Part shown: piece by piece, positions 19,919-33,600 of the stretch
Layout: the number at the start of each line of letters is the position of its first letter
Position numbering within the stretch: the stretch's first letter is position 1
NCBI GenBank assembly: GCA_032718475.1
Contig: JAUCBJ010008148.1
Location: 1 to 53,859, forward strand
Reading direction: 5' to 3'
DNA from: Nemertoderma westbladi
Taxonomy: Eukaryota > Animalia > Xenacoelomorpha
Length of the DNA stretch: 53,859 bases
The notes under the pieces: generated by a model
What the model saw: only the letters and a program-made list of their open reading frames with translations
Databases searched by the model: none
Told to the model about the DNA's origin: nothing
Made by a program: the position numbers and the translations under genes

Positions 19919-22870
19919 ATGGATAAAATAGTAATATGTTGTTCATTCTGTCATATGAATGTAACTAGACATAATTATTTACGTCACCTAAAGTCGTATT
20001 TTGAAGGTTATTCTTGTTTTAAGAGTCATGTCACGACTTCATGCAGTGAAAATTTGTAAACAACATGAATCAACTACGGGCTGTAAAGAAATGGAGTTTT
20101 GCACTTATCAATTGACTTGTTCTATCTGTAATAAAGAGTATACATATGATAATTATTTACGACACGACTGTCACTTGAAATGTTATTACACAAGAAAGCG
20201 TAAATCTCCGCAACATAAAAATATATTATCTAGAAAAAACTTAAGGATGGCTCTTGGTACATATGCAACAATTTTTACACGGGAACAACGCTCACAATAA
20301 TTGTCTTGAAATTTATGTCCATGACCTCCCAACTTCTAGAGATTATCCCGATGTAGAAACAGCATTAGCGCAAATTCGAGTTAATATTCTTTAGTTAATA
20401 TTAGACAGATTGAAAGAAATGAATGTTCTTAGACTGTGGTAGGTCTAAATGTATTAATGTACAGAACACATTTTTCAGAAGGTGAGCAATTAGAAACCTT
20501 TTATTTTAATTCTTCCAGTGGTGCTATTAATACTGTAGATTTATCAGAAAGTTTTTATCTATGGTTTGAGTATGTACTTGAAAATATATTACAAAAAATA
20601 GCCATGTTTAACACACATGGTTTGGGCTGTCGTATTAAATCTTTATTAAGAGTTGAAATTAAATTAGCTGAATCTAAGTGTAGCTCATTATTATATAAGG
20701 GATATGGATATATGGAATTACCTAAGGCTCTATTGAGTAAACGATATACAATAAATATACAAATGGCTGATAATGTCTGTTTCAAATGGGCTATTATAAC
20801 TGCAAAATTTAGAAGCAAAGTAAAAGATCATAAAAACCGTACTTCACAGTACAAAAATTATATGAGTCATTTCATTTTTGACAACGGGAAAAATGATTAT
20901 CCAACAGAGTGGCAGCTAGCGATTAAACTTTTTGAAAAACAAAATTCGAAAGATATAATTAATTTATTATGCTGGAATAACAACCGGAACTGGAATAACA
21001 GACCCCCGTATCTATATTAAGACAACCTCTGTTTAGTAAAATTACACCAGATAAAGAGTTATTAAATATATTACTTGTAGTAAAAAATAACAATGTGCCT
21101 AAACAAAATCATTATGTGTGCATAACTAACTTGAATCGATTGCTGAATACGAGAGCTCTTCATATCCGCAATAGACAATATTGTGAAAGATGTTTAGGGC
21201 ATTTTTATCGAAAGGAAGTTCTCCAACGACAACGTCTCGCCTGTTATCAAGGAAGAAGTCAACGCGAGAAACTACCTAATAAAAAAAGAACACACATTAC
21301 TTTTACAAATTTAGATAGAACCTTATCCCAATTGTTTGTCACCTACTTTGATATAGAATGTATCTTACAACCCTCAGTTAATAATCAATTTATACAGGAG
21401 CATATGCCGTGTGCTGTCAATTATTTAATTGTTCCAAATAGTGAATTAATTGATCCTCCAAAATGTCGTTTGAAAACATTCGTAAAGTCAAATAATAATA
21501 ATAATTGTATTCAAGATTTCTTAGATTCATTATATACTGATTTAACTGAATTATGTTGCTGGTCAAAAATATATACCCATAAAACTATATTATTTACTAA
21601 TATTGATTTTGTAAATTTTGAACAGGCAAAAATTTGTTTCTATTGTAATGTTACGTTAAATATTAATATAGGGAAAAACAGACATCATTCACATATTACA
21701 GGTAAATATATCGCGGTGGCCTGTAATAGGTGTAACCAAAGTTTATCAATGAAACGATACCTGTATGTACTTTGCGGGCACAATGCCAATCAGTACGATA
21801 TACATTGTATATTACAAACCGGATTTAGAGATAAGAAATACATGGATTTGGATATAAAGGTTATACCGAGAAATACAGAATGATATATTTCACTCAGTGC
21901 ATTTATCCCAATTAAAAACACTTCTAGAAAAATTGAGTTACGTGTCTTAGACACGTATCAATTTTTAAGCTTTTTCCTAAGTAATTTAGTTGAGTGTTCA
22001 ACAAAGGATGTAGCGAGTCATGATATAAGCTCAATTTTACCTATTACTCTACAAGAAATGAAATATTTTTACCCAAACTTTAATAACTCAACAATTAATC
22101 GGAAAGGAGTATTTCCATACGAGTACTTGACAGATATAAATAAATTTAATGATACAGGTTTGCCATCTATAAATAATTGTTTTAGTAACTTAAGTAAAAA
22201 AACATGTACAATTGAAGATTATAGGTTTGCTGGATTATCATGGGTAGAATTCGACTGCGTGAATCTCAAAGATTATCTTTTAGTCTATTTAAAACTCGAT
22301 GTTTACTTGCTTACTGATATATTTGAGAATTTTAGGAATGTTTGTAAACAAATTTACGATTTAGAAGTTATTCATCTATTCACGATCAAACATTACAATT
22401 ACCGTTAGCCCCTGAGCATTTAAGTAAAAATGAATCAATGCTTTCCCCTTATATGAGGGAACAATTTAATAACTTATCGACACAAAGAGGCACCTCCGGT
22501 AAATATAAGATGTCAACTCCAAAACTCTTGCTGACACAATTTGATAAAGAATTTTATCATATACATTTGAAACTGTTAACATTTTATATAAAACAAGGAT
22601 TAATTGTTACTAAACTACATAAATTATATTCTTTTCAAAAAGAATTTGTATTTAAAAATTACATAGATTTTAATATTAATCAAAGACAACTAGCAAAAAG
22701 TTACATTGAAACGGCTGTTGCAAAGCTGCTTAATAACTCTTTATTTGGTAAGACAATAGAAAAGATACGGGAACAATGTAACTTTCGTATCGCAAATAGC
22801 AATGATAAATGTGACCAATTGGTGAAACATATTAATCATTAACAATTTATAATATATAATAATACATCAT
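19919..22870 (+). pseudogene. Second Polinton pPolB, degraded (stops, frameshifts, internal deletion, 3' truncation)
   Basis: Collinear with PolB-A: CSFC..NYLRHL, CFKWAI, YFDIE, RHHSHITG..ACNRCN, HNANQYD, RKGVFPYEY, YLKLDV, LLNNSLFGK. Motif A region is missing near 22380 and motif C is lost at the RTE junction. Confidence 0.9.
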
Positions 22871-22872
22871 AA

Positions 22873-25800
22873 GACCCTAAACAAAATCGAATCTATAAAT
22901 TCCAGGGTTATGATCGCAACATTTGATGGAAATCCCAAGGCAACAGTTATATGTTGCTACAGTCCAACTAATGCCTCAGAGCCAGAACAAGCAGTCAAGT
23001 TTTATGAAGAACTAACTGGACTTATAAAGGACATTCCGAGACACAATGTTAAAGTCATTGTCTGAATGCGCAAATTGGCCCAGAAGACATCAAGGGTTAC
23101 ACCTATAACACCAGCTCTAACAGAAATGGGTACTTACTTTTAGACCTAATGGAAGAATGTGAATTGATACCAACAAAAAACCCATTCGAAAAGAGTAAGG
23201 GGAAGCTATGGACCTTTCAATAACCTAATGGAACCAAAGCACAACTGGATTACATCCTTATAAACAAAAAGTGGAGAAACAGCATGATCAACTGGGAGGC
23301 ATACAGCTCGTTCAACCTAATTAGTTTGGACCACAGAATTGTGACTACAGAGATAAGACTCAGTTTGAGAGCCAGCAAACCCAGGACAAGCAAGCAAATC
23401 AACTATGACTGGGAGAAACTCAGAACTGACAATGCTGTAAAGGATGCTTATACAGTAGAAGTTCAAAACCGCTTTGAAGCACTTCAGTCAATGGATGAAG
23501 ACCAATCCACCAATTCAATATACCAGAATATAATAACAGCCCTCAAGGAATCAGCTAAGAGGCATATCCCCCAGAAACCTAAACGGAAACTACTACTACT
23601 ACTACTACTAGGATCGGCATGCTGCATTGCAGCTGCATTTTTAAGAATGCTGTGCCGGCTTGTCAACAAAATTGCACTGCCACAACTCCCTATCACCCAT
23701 GACATTTGCTAGATCATCCGCATCTTTAAGGCCAGTGTCCTTTAAGATGCGTCTCAAGAAAGTCATGGGCTGTCCACCATGCTTATTCACTCCATGAGGC
23801 TGCCAAAGTACAAGATTATGCACTGGCTGGTCCTCACGGCGATAGCAATGTCCTGCAAAGCGGAGGCGATTTTGTTCTAGTGTCAAGCTTGGGGGAACCA
23901 ATGAGACACCTCCAATGTTATATAGTGTCTGGTTGGAGATGTGTGCATTGTACTTGACGCAATGTACCCGGCGTAGCATTCTTGTGAATGTGCCATCCAG
24001 AGATTTGGTGTCCTCAGCAGTTAGAGCCCAGCATGGACTCCCGTAGAGGAGTACTGGAACTACTGCTGCTCTAAATAATCGGACCTTAAGTTTCCGATTA
24101 ATTCTAGGTGACTTCCAAATCCTGGAAAGCCTATTCAAGGCTGCCCATGCCTTTCCCTTACGTATTCGAAGGTCCTCACCTGACTTCCGGATCCATGATC
24201 CCAGGTAACAGAAGTCGTCCACATGCTCAAGCATACCATCCTTTGAGCTTATGCTCATCCGATCAGAGACTTGCTGAGGACTTTCAAAGTTAACTGTCAG
24301 AATTTTGGTCTTTCTGGAGTTAATAAAAAGACCAACACTAGAAGCAGCATGTTCTAATGAGCTGAGGAGCCGCTGGGCTCCCTCTAATGATTCTGAGAGT
24401 ACTCCTAAGTCATCAGCAAAGTCTAGATCAGTTAGGTACTTGGCAGGATTTCCTCGACTTCTGGAGCCAGTAGGTGGAGTTATCATCACCCCATCATCAT
24501 TATGATGATCTAAGGACATGCGTAGAACGGAAACGGAAACAGTATGTGCCATGGCAAAACTCTGAGGTTACTTGTAAGAGAGAAGATCTTAAGATAGCCT
24601 ACAAAGTTAAAACCGAACAACCAACAACCGAAAACATTAACAAGGTTGAGAAAGCTAAGGATGATCTTAAATTGGCCTACAACATCAGCCAGGAAAAGTA
24701 CATACAGGATAAAACTGAAGCAATTACAACTGCTCACATACAGCAACAATCAAGACTTACCTGGCAAACTGTAAATGAGGTATCTGGTCGGAAAAGTTGT
24801 GCAAAGGGGCGCCTCAAAGCCGATAGTCCTGAAGAACGTGTTGGGAAGTGGAAAAATCACTTCAGCAACTTGCTTGGGTAGCCACCAAACATCGAGGTCA
24901 GCCCTACAAGGAAAATATATGACAAGACACTACCAATAGTAACAGGGGACTTCACACCTGCCGAACTCCAAAGAAGCATTAAAAGCATGTCCAATAATAA
25001 GGCAAGTGGATTAGATGAAATCCCAGCGGAACTATGGAAAACCGGAGTGCTAAATAGACCATTATTGAATGTTTGCAACTGGATGTTAAAAGGGGAAAAG
25101 CCACCACCAATTTGGACTAAAGGTCAACTAAAGCCTCTCCCCAAGAAAGGAGACCTTGGCATACCAACAAACTATCGTGGGATCTGTCTGCTTGTGGTAG
25201 CTGCCAAAATATACAATAAAATGATTCTATATAGGATTAGGCCTCACATAGAGAAACTACTGCGTAAGAGCCAAAACGGATTTCGACCAAGTAGATCAAC
25301 AATAGCTCAGATACTTGCACTACGGAGACTGATTGAAGGAATTAAGTCAAAGAATCTCCCCGCAGTCATGACTTTTGTGGACTTCAAGAAGGCATTCGAC
25401 TCCATCCATAGATGTAAAATGCTTGAAATCCTAAGAGCTTATAGAATACCAGAAGTAATTGTTGCTGGCATTGGATTGTTATATTGTGACACAGAAGCGC
25501 AGGTACTCTCACCAGATGGTGAAACTGAGTTTTTCTCAATCCTGGCTGGCGTACTGCAAGGTGACACATTAGCACCATTACTATTTGTAATTGTGCTGGA
25601 TTACGCAATGAGGACGGCCACAAAGGGTGAAGATCTGGGATTCACACTTCAAGAATGCAGAAGTAGTAGATATCCGGCAACTACAGTCACAGACACCGAC
25701 TTTGCGGATGACATCGCCCTGCTCTCTAATACGCTAGCAGATGCACAGCTTCTACTAAATAAAGTGGAGAGGGCTGCTAAGGAGGTTGAATTGCATATAA

Positions 25801-25990
25801 ATGCTACCAAGACCGAATTCATGACCTTTAATGTTGATGGAAACTTGACAACCATTGATAATAATTAACTAAGGAAGGTCGATGACTTCCGACAACTATC
25901 GACTTGCGACAACTATGGAGAATCGGGAAGCCTGGAAGGATCTCATTTCCACTGTCCGAGTTTGCTCAACCTAGTAGTAGTAGTAGTAGT
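22873..25990 (+). mobile_element. RTE-clade LINE, 5' truncated, with internal deletion
   Basis: APE remnants (CYSPTN, LDYI, DHRIV), RT (KASGLDEIPAE, QNGFR, DFKKAFDS, GVLQGDTLAP, DFADD), (TAG)n tail at ~25972-25990. Confidence 0.9.
23591..24530 (-). mobile_element. 5' truncated RTE-clade LINE nested antisense in the first RTE
   Basis: RT C-terminal ORF 23641-24552 (LDFADD, FCYLGS, LRFAGHC), (TAG)n tail on the minus strand, 10 bp TSD AAACGGAAAC at 23581-23590 and 24531-24540. Confidence 0.9.
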
Positions 25991-26754
25991 ATCTCCAACT
26001 TGAAATTTTATTTTCTTGTGATTAATCTGTCTATATTTCCCATATAATCTATTAATTAATTCAGTTTCATTAAATGTATTAACTTCAATGGGCATCATTT
26101 GTATAGTCCTATGAAATTACCTATTATAAGCGAAAATAAGCTTCGGTAAAATTTTTATCCAAACATTATTCCCACGTTGCGTGAAAATTTTGAAAATTTT
26201 TGTTTTTAATGTTCTATTGAATCTCTCAACTATAGCCGCCTTATTCACAGAGTACATTACGTAATACCGTACTCCAATAGTATCTAAATATTTCCTCACA
26301 GATTTATTTAGAAACTCATATCCTTGATCAGTCGCGATTCTGTTTGGTTTACCTTTCTGGAATATTTTTTGCAATATAATAATAATTTCAATACCTGTTT
26401 TTGTTTTTATACTGTAGGCAAAAGCAAGCTGGCTAAAGGCGTCAATACATGTTAATATATAGTTATAATTATTATTTTGTGATTTATATTGCTGCATATC
26501 CACCAGACCTATCATATATCTTTTAACCCTCCCGTAAATATTTAGATGTTGGATAATGATGTCTACGTGATGCGTGAAGGGAGTATGTCTTTTGTCCGCT
26601 CAACCATTTCTGGGCTTGAGATGGTTTGATGTTTGCTGCTTTGGCTAATTTTGCGATACTTGCAAAACCCGCAGGTGATGAAGGATCTGAATAAAATTCT
26701 TAACAGTTTTTTGTCTAAGCTCCGGTTTAAAATCGGCCTCATCTTGCGTGGCAT
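25991..26754 (-). pseudogene. Polinton B integrase, frameshifted and truncated by the RTE
   Basis: AGFASIAKLAKAA, LVDMQ, ILTCIDAFS, TDQGYEF, IVERFNRTLK. Confidence 0.9.
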
Positions 26755-26984
26755 CTTTTTGACAACCGCAAGTAATATGTATATTCAAATCTTTTATAAA
26801 GGGCATCACCGTAAAAACAGCTGAAATTTTTTTATTTTCTTTGAAGTTGATGTTTTGTTGGGTTTTCTTTTTGTAGTATTTACTCTAGGTATATCTTGAG
26901 GTTTTAAATCAGTAGCTAACGGTTTACTCGGTACTAAATATAATTTTCTAAATGTTACTCCCGTTTTAACCATTACTAGTATTA

Positions 26985-27371
26985 TTACCATCCGCGGTTA
27001 ATTCTTTTCACAATAGCCGCTCCAGCGGCGGTGGCACCAGCCCCCGCAGCGAGTTTTGCGCCAATGCCGTGTAGGGGTATTAGAAACGGAAGTATACCAC
27101 CAGATTGATTGGTTAACTTTTTTCTGTAACTTGATATATTTTTTGTTTTGCAGTTGAATGATTTTAATACCTTTTTATAACAACAAATATTTCTAAATTT
27201 TTTCAAATTTGTCAATTGTACGTTACCTTTTAGAACATTTAATGCAGTATTTACATTGAGCCGTATTAATTCGTTACTCGCGGTATGGTTAATAAAATAA
27301 GTTCTTTGTTGAGGGGTAGCGCTGCGTAGAAATTCCAATTCGTTACGATATTTCTGCATAAGTTTTTTCAT
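26985..27371 (-). CDS. Polinton B basic core-like protein with QSGG motif
   Basis: ALNVLKGNV..LTNQSGGILPFLIP; homolog of 7985-8446. Confidence 0.75.
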   Translation of the reverse strand: MKKLMQKYRNELEFLRSATPQQRTYFINHTASNELIRLNVNTALNVLKGNVQLTNLKKFRNICCYKKVLKSFNCKTKNISSYRKKLTNQSGGILPFLIPLHGIGAKLAAGAGATAAGAAIVKRINRGW

Positions 27372-27404
27372 TGTTGCAACATTACTGAAAATTGTTACAA
27401 AATA

Positions 27405-28116
27405 TTAATTATTATTATTATTATTATTTTCGCTACGTTTATAGTCAATGTAATTTTTAATGTAACAATTATGATTACGAAATATAGCCGATCTAAATCT
27501 TAAATGTTCGGGTGTTTCCTGTCGTAAATCAATTAAGAAATGCGAAAATGGTTCAATAGTCGCATCTTGATAGGATTCTATTAACAATTTGGTCTGCCCT
27601 GGTAACATCTGCTTTGCGAAATTTAAAACCGATAAACTGTCTCGTTGATTTTTCATTAATACTAAGGTATGGCTATTAATTGATCTTGTACGGTTATGCT
27701 TCCCACCGTAAAACATGTTTTGCGTTATGAAACAAATAAATATATTGGAATGATGAATGATTATGAATGAATGAATGAATTGATCGAATCGAATTGATGA
27801 ATGAATGAATGATTAAGGCTGTACTGGACTCAGTTTCTGTTAATAAATCGTCTATAATTAATAAATCTCGGCTATTTACTAAACTATCTATATTTTCAGG
27901 CAAACCTTTGTAAAGGTGAGTAATACCAGGAATAGTCGGGGGATTGCTCCCGTAACAATACAATAGTCGCAAGGGGGGTTTGTTGAAGCAACCATTCTTG
28001 TGTTTAATTAAGTTGCCAACAAAGGTAAATTTACCCGAACCAGATGGACCAGATATTATCATACTCGTTCCCATTTGAAAGTTTAAATTATATGGACCTG
28101 AATTAAAGTCAGCCAT
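27405..28116 (-). pseudogene. Polinton B packaging ATPase disrupted by a (TTCA)n tract
   Basis: GPSGSGKF, LLIIDD, TRSINSH, KNQRD; (ATGA)n on the plus strand at ~27750-27812 breaks the frame. Confidence 0.88.
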
Positions 28117-28537
28117 TTATTATTATTATTAAGATATATCAACAATACAATATAATATAATATAACATAAAGAACCATCACCATTACTATGTATATAACA
28201 ATAATTGATGCAACTACAATATTAGTACTGTATATTTAATAAATACGTGTCACAACTGTCACCCAACTATAGGTGCTATTTCCGATTGTTGTATTGACTT
28301 AATCAATGTAATTCAATGAGTATTAGCATCTTTATACACGAGATAATGATAGGTAATATTAGCAGCTCGGAAATTACTTCCCTGGAATTTTGCACTAATG
28401 ATTTTTCTATGTACGCTGCTGAAAAAATAAGGGACATAGTAGCAAAACCGTCGTACTACATTTCTATAAAAAATATTCTCCAATATTGTAAATAAATCAC
28501 CAGGATCATTACTTTGCGCGGAAATATAAGTTATATT

Positions 28538-29870
28538 TCATAGCTCTTTCCAATAATAGGGTTCGTATCTCGCCAACTTCATATTTAACTTAGATATGGG
28601 TGTGCGACAAATAGGACAAATTTTAGAACAATAATTATTAATTTCGGAATATTGTACAATACATCTCATGCAAGTTCCATGTTTATTTTCACATTTATAA
28701 TAATCTCGATATTGCAATAATTTATGTTCGCGGTATTTCAACTTTTCACAACGCAAGTTGAATATTTTTTCGAATTTATTTAAAATGAATATTCCAATAT
28801 CAATACTGGGTGCGGGAACATGAAATTTGGTTATATTCAATGGACTGGGGGCGATTTACGGGCGAATAATGGGGCAACTTACGGGGTACGGGACTCATAT
28901 CAGATATTTAAGGGCCAGGGGTGGGAGACAAAGTCAAGCAGTACTCAGGTTTACCTGAATACTATTATGCCTAGCCAACTTTCTGCTGCCTGTAGAGGTG
29001 GATTTGGTAACTCACTAGGCCTAGGGACAAGGACTGCCCTTAGCGGTCCCTGGCCAACAGCAGTTATTACGAGCCTGAATAAGGACTCGGAAAGTCTGCT
29101 GCTTGTGTCAGGGATTTGCGACGGGAACCGACAGACAGATCCTTAGCAGTCCCTGTTCACCGGCAGTTATTACGAGCCTGAATAAGGACTCAGAAAGCTT
29201 GCCGGCTATGCCAGGGACTTGCGATGGGTCAACCGACTAAACGGAGGAAGGGTTTGACGAGGACTGCCTTCCTGGAGTGGGTTACACGACTGGCGTTAGT
29301 ACGAGCCTGAAAAGGACTCGGAAAACTACCAACAGTTGGGACTCACAACGGGCTGACAGACCCCTTGCCAACTTCGGGGTTCGGGAAGGGTGGGACGGAC
29401 ATGAAACAGGGTCGACCGACACCGACACTATGGTACCGAGACTAGGACCGAGGGAAAATTGGGAACATTAGTTAGGTTAAAATCTAAAGCGAACAGTTGG
29501 TAATTAAATAATGTACTGTAGGAATTTATATTGTCGTATATTATTGTGAATATTTGGTGTATATTGATGTGGGGAAGCCCAACTTATTCTCAATCAAGAT
29601 TCAATGAGATTTGGTCAAGATTCAACGTTGTACAAGGTTCAATTGTAGGGAAGTTACATTAAAGATTATATCCAACCAATGCAACCTTTTCTCAACCGCA
29701 ATCTTGCATTTAAGAAAGTACTCCTTCTCCACTCCCAATATCCGGTGACTGGCCGGAATCCCGTGGTTTGAAAATTCCGCCTCCAGCCTCGAGGTTTTCC
29801 CCCTTGGTGTTGGGAATAACGGCAACAATTTAGAATAGCAAACTGGACATTTTTTGTTTAAAATATCCAT
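28538..29870 (-). pseudogene. RING-finger-like accessory gene of Polinton B, apparently split
   Basis: CPVC at the start of ORF 29622-29870; CENKHGTCMRC..CPICR in ORF 28538-28840. Confidence 0.45.
28822..29460. other. GC-richer insertion of unknown origin with three internal repeats
   Basis: Composition shift; TTA(T/G)TACGAGCCTGAA(T/A)AAGGACTC three times; flanked by a GGGAACAT direct repeat. Confidence 0.4.
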
Positions 29871-29936
29871 TTTCCAAATCTTAAAGTAAATTGAAAATAA
29901 TTACCTCAATACACATCAAACAAATCTGATATACTG

Positions 29937-30475
29937 TGTTAGCTTATTCAATCCCGCTAACACCCCATAAAAGTTAAGCCGATAAGCAATATTGGGGGCC
30001 ACGAGGTTGGGTAATCACCAACTCGTGTCACCCCAATAAGAATGGGAAGGAGAAGCACACAATGAGGGTCAGGGGCCAAACCCCTAACCCAGAGAGAACA
30101 GGTGGAGTGAAGGGGATCACTCCAAAGGCGCCAACAAGGGTACCAACCAATCAGGAGGGGGGAAAGGCATCGATTGGGTACCAATAAGGCCGCTGTGCAA
30201 TATAACCAGTTACCTGTAATCATATCAGTTCAGTTATCTCAGTATCATATATTGGTGCTAGCTAGGTTAGTTAGTTTAGCTAGGGAAGGACCGGGACTTT
30301 AATTACCGTACCCCACCTTCCGTATCCGACAACATCATTTATATATCTTATATCCATATACCCGATTACATTATATACGACGAACGACACGAACTCTTTC
30401 ACCTTTCATACGCACAGCGGGGACGCATGAATTACACAACCGGATAAATCGGGATCCTTCCTGGATCCCGTCACA
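29937..30475 (+). repeat. 5' LTR (539 bp)
   Basis: TGTTAGC...GTCACA; I could see only four substitutions versus the 3' LTR. TATAA at ~30201 is followed by TCAGTT. Confidence 0.97.
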
Positions 30476-30613
30476 GTAATTAAATCCGAGCTGCCGCCCT
30501 AGCTAGACACAGTAATTAAATCCGTTCGGCAGTAACTAAATCCGAGCTGCCGCCCTAGCTAGACTCAGTAATTAAAACCTAGACTCAGTGACTACCAGCC
30601 ACCAATCACCGAG

Positions 30614-33600
30614 ATGAGCCAGTCGGGAGAGACGACGCCAACGCGGACCCCGGACGAAGAGTTAACGATCCGCGAGGCTGCAACCAGGCAGTACAGGCCC
30701 ACAACGCCGGACCCGTCGGTAACGGGTCATCCGGCAGCTCAAGATGAGGGGGGCCGCCTGGAACCCAAGGTCGAGTCGAGAGAAGGAGGGAGCGAGACGG
30801 AGGGAGACGAAGACGAGTCGACATGGGATGTGGGTCGAGGTACTGATGTCGCGGGCCAGCCACAGGCCGATAGCGACGAACGACCCACCGAGACGACGAC
30901 GGCGGGGCCGACGGTGCGACGCCGGACCCGGAGAGACGACGGAGAAGTCGGTACCGATGTCGTCGGCCAGGTACAGGTCGAGGGCGACGGACGGCCCACC
31001 GGAACGGCGACGGTGGGGCCGCCGGTACGACGTCGAACCCGGAGAGACGGAGGAGAGGTCGGCGACGAGGACGTCGGGGTCTCCGATCGACTTCGACGGG
31101 CCTACAACGCTACCCGGAGACTACTAGAGGAGGCCAGAAAGGGGAAAACGATAGACGAGGTAAAACTAAAGTCAGGACTAGGTAAGTCGGACAGACATTT
31201 ATATTATCTAATGCGCTTCGGGCAGAGAGAATTGGCCGAGGAGAGAGCGAGAAGGGTTGCCGAGGAACTGTATGACTCATGGCGGCACGGGGGTATACAA
31301 CCTAGTGTAGTGTACATAGGGCCATACTTAATCGATGCCCGGGGTATAAAATCAGTGGGTTGGAACAGACCTGAGGAGGGCGAATCCGAGGTTGACCCCA
31401 CGGATTCGGTCTCGTCGGTCGGAGGGAGTTCCGGGAGTAGGGGGAAAGTTAGTAGGACGGGAAGGCGGAGGGAATCCGTCAGAACCGATAAGTCTGCTAC
31501 ATCCTCCACAAAAGAAAGAGTGGTGAGAGAGATAGATGCCGCGTACCGTCTCGACCTGATAGAGCAAGGTCAGAGGGAGATGGATAAACAGTTAGAGGAG
31601 GGGAGAATGCGGCTAGAGAGGGAAACGGTATTGATTAGAGAAACCGGAGAGAGGGCTGAAAGGGCTTTGAGAAGCCTTAGGGAGTATGAGGAAATAGAGA
31701 GAAAGGAACAAGAGGGGCGTGTGGCGGAACGTAAGGAGCGTGAGGCGAGAGAGGAGGCGGAACGTAAGGAGCGTGGGGCAAGACTACGGGAGGAAGTTAG
31801 GAGAGTGACAGAGTTGGCCGAACAGAGCGAACGGGAGTGTAGGGAGAGAATGGCAAAGGAGGAGTGTGAGCGAAAAGAATTAAAGAGACGCCAAAGTGAG
31901 CTTGCGGGGCATAGGATTAGGGGCGCGCGCGAGCTGCAACTGGTGCGGGCAGGGGCGTCTGAGAGCGGGACTGGCTCGAGTATTTTAGGGGAGCCAGGGG
32001 CCGTGGATACATTTATTAATACCCCACTTACAGGGACCGCACGACAGACCCAAAACTGGTGTGACCGTACGGGCGGGGGGGGGGGGTAATAATGATAATG
32101 GTACAGTAGACGTGGTTAATATTAATAGTACCGTATGGGATAATTCTAATCAAACCTTTATTCCAGGAAATACTTTGCCTAGTGGTAGTAATTTAAATTT
32201 AAATCAGAATAATCCTAATATTAATGTAGAAAATGATTCTAATATTAGTGTAGTTGCACAAAATAATCCAAGTAATTTAAATAATAGCCCGAATTCGAAC
32301 CTACAAAATAATTTAAGTAACGCAATTGCGCAAAATAATCCAAATAATTTAAATAATGATCCAAGCCCGAATTTACAAAATAATTCAGATAGTGTAGTCG
32401 CGCAAGATAATTCAAATGATTTTATTTCGAACGAACAAATTAATTCCGTTTACAATATGGGTGCTATTAATGTAAACACGTCGGGCGTGTATAGCCAGAC
32501 AGATGGGGCCCTGGTAGGCCACGTAGTTAGTAGGCCGGAAGTAGCTGGGTTAGGTAGACCCGGCGAGGGCCTGGTAGGCCACGTAGTTAGTAGGCAGGGA
32601 GTGGCTGGGTTGGACAGACCCAGCGAGGGCCTGGTAGGCCACGTAGTTGGTAGGCAGGGAGTGGCTGGGTTGGATAGACCCAGCGAGGGCCTGGTAGGCC
32701 ACGTAGTTGGTAGGCAGGGAGTGGCTGGGTTGGATAGACCCAGCGAGGGCCTGGTAGGCCACGTAGTTGGTAGGCAGGGAGTGGCTGGGTTGGATAGACC
32801 CAGCGAGGGCCTGGTAGGCCACGTAGTTGGTAGGCAGGGAGTGGCTGGGTTGGATAGACCCAGCGGGGGCCTGGTGGGCCACGCAATAGCAGAGGGAGAG
32901 GCGGGGGTGAATAGACCCGACCGCGGTAGGGCTGATGTGTCGACTAGAGAGGGATATAGTAGCGGGGTGAGAGATAGCGAAGTTAGATGTGGCGAGTGGG
33001 GGGGGGGGGGGGGCTACAGGGGCCCCACAACAGCGAGTTAGCGGCGAAAGGGGGGGGGGGGGCAGAGAGTGTCCCACAGCCGTCAGCGGATAATGCGCGG
33101 GCCGAAATAGGTAAACCGCAACACCCGGCGACGGAGAGTAGTAGGGGGATTGCGAGTATCCCCAGCGACGTGCGACCGAGCAGAGAGAGACAGGTTGACG
33201 TCGTGAGAGGGCGGACGAAGCGTCGAGCCCGATCAGAAGAGGGAAGAAGAACAGTCGGGTTTAACCGGGAGGTCGACGAGAGATCTCACGAGCGGGAACA
33301 CTCCACTGAAAGGAGAAGAAGAGAAGACAGTAGTAGAAGTATCGCCGCGAACGATAGAAGAGCGAGGACGGATAGCGAGCCGTCGGTAGTCGAGATGAGA
33401 ACAGAGAGTGAGTGGGGTCGAACTCCGGGAGATTGCCGTCGCCCCGGAGAGATGCGACCTGGCGGGGCGCACTACGCGCCGAGAGAGGGGTACGCGATGT
33501 ACCGGTACGAAGATGAGGACAGTAGAGAGGGGGGTCGAAGAGAAACTTTCCGACGGAATGTACCTACCGATCGAGAATACGGTAGCCGCAGGGAGGATTA

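Noticed and set aside
25972-25990. AGTAGT run as a Polinton left terminus (also at 9797-9809)
   Set aside because: At 25972 it is the RTE (TAG)n tail and abuts mid-integrase sequence; at 9797 it is intergenic inside element A with no TIR context.
29957-30223. 88 aa minus-strand ORF duplicated at 43749-44015
   Set aside because: The duplication simply reflects the two LTRs; no ATG start and no domain.
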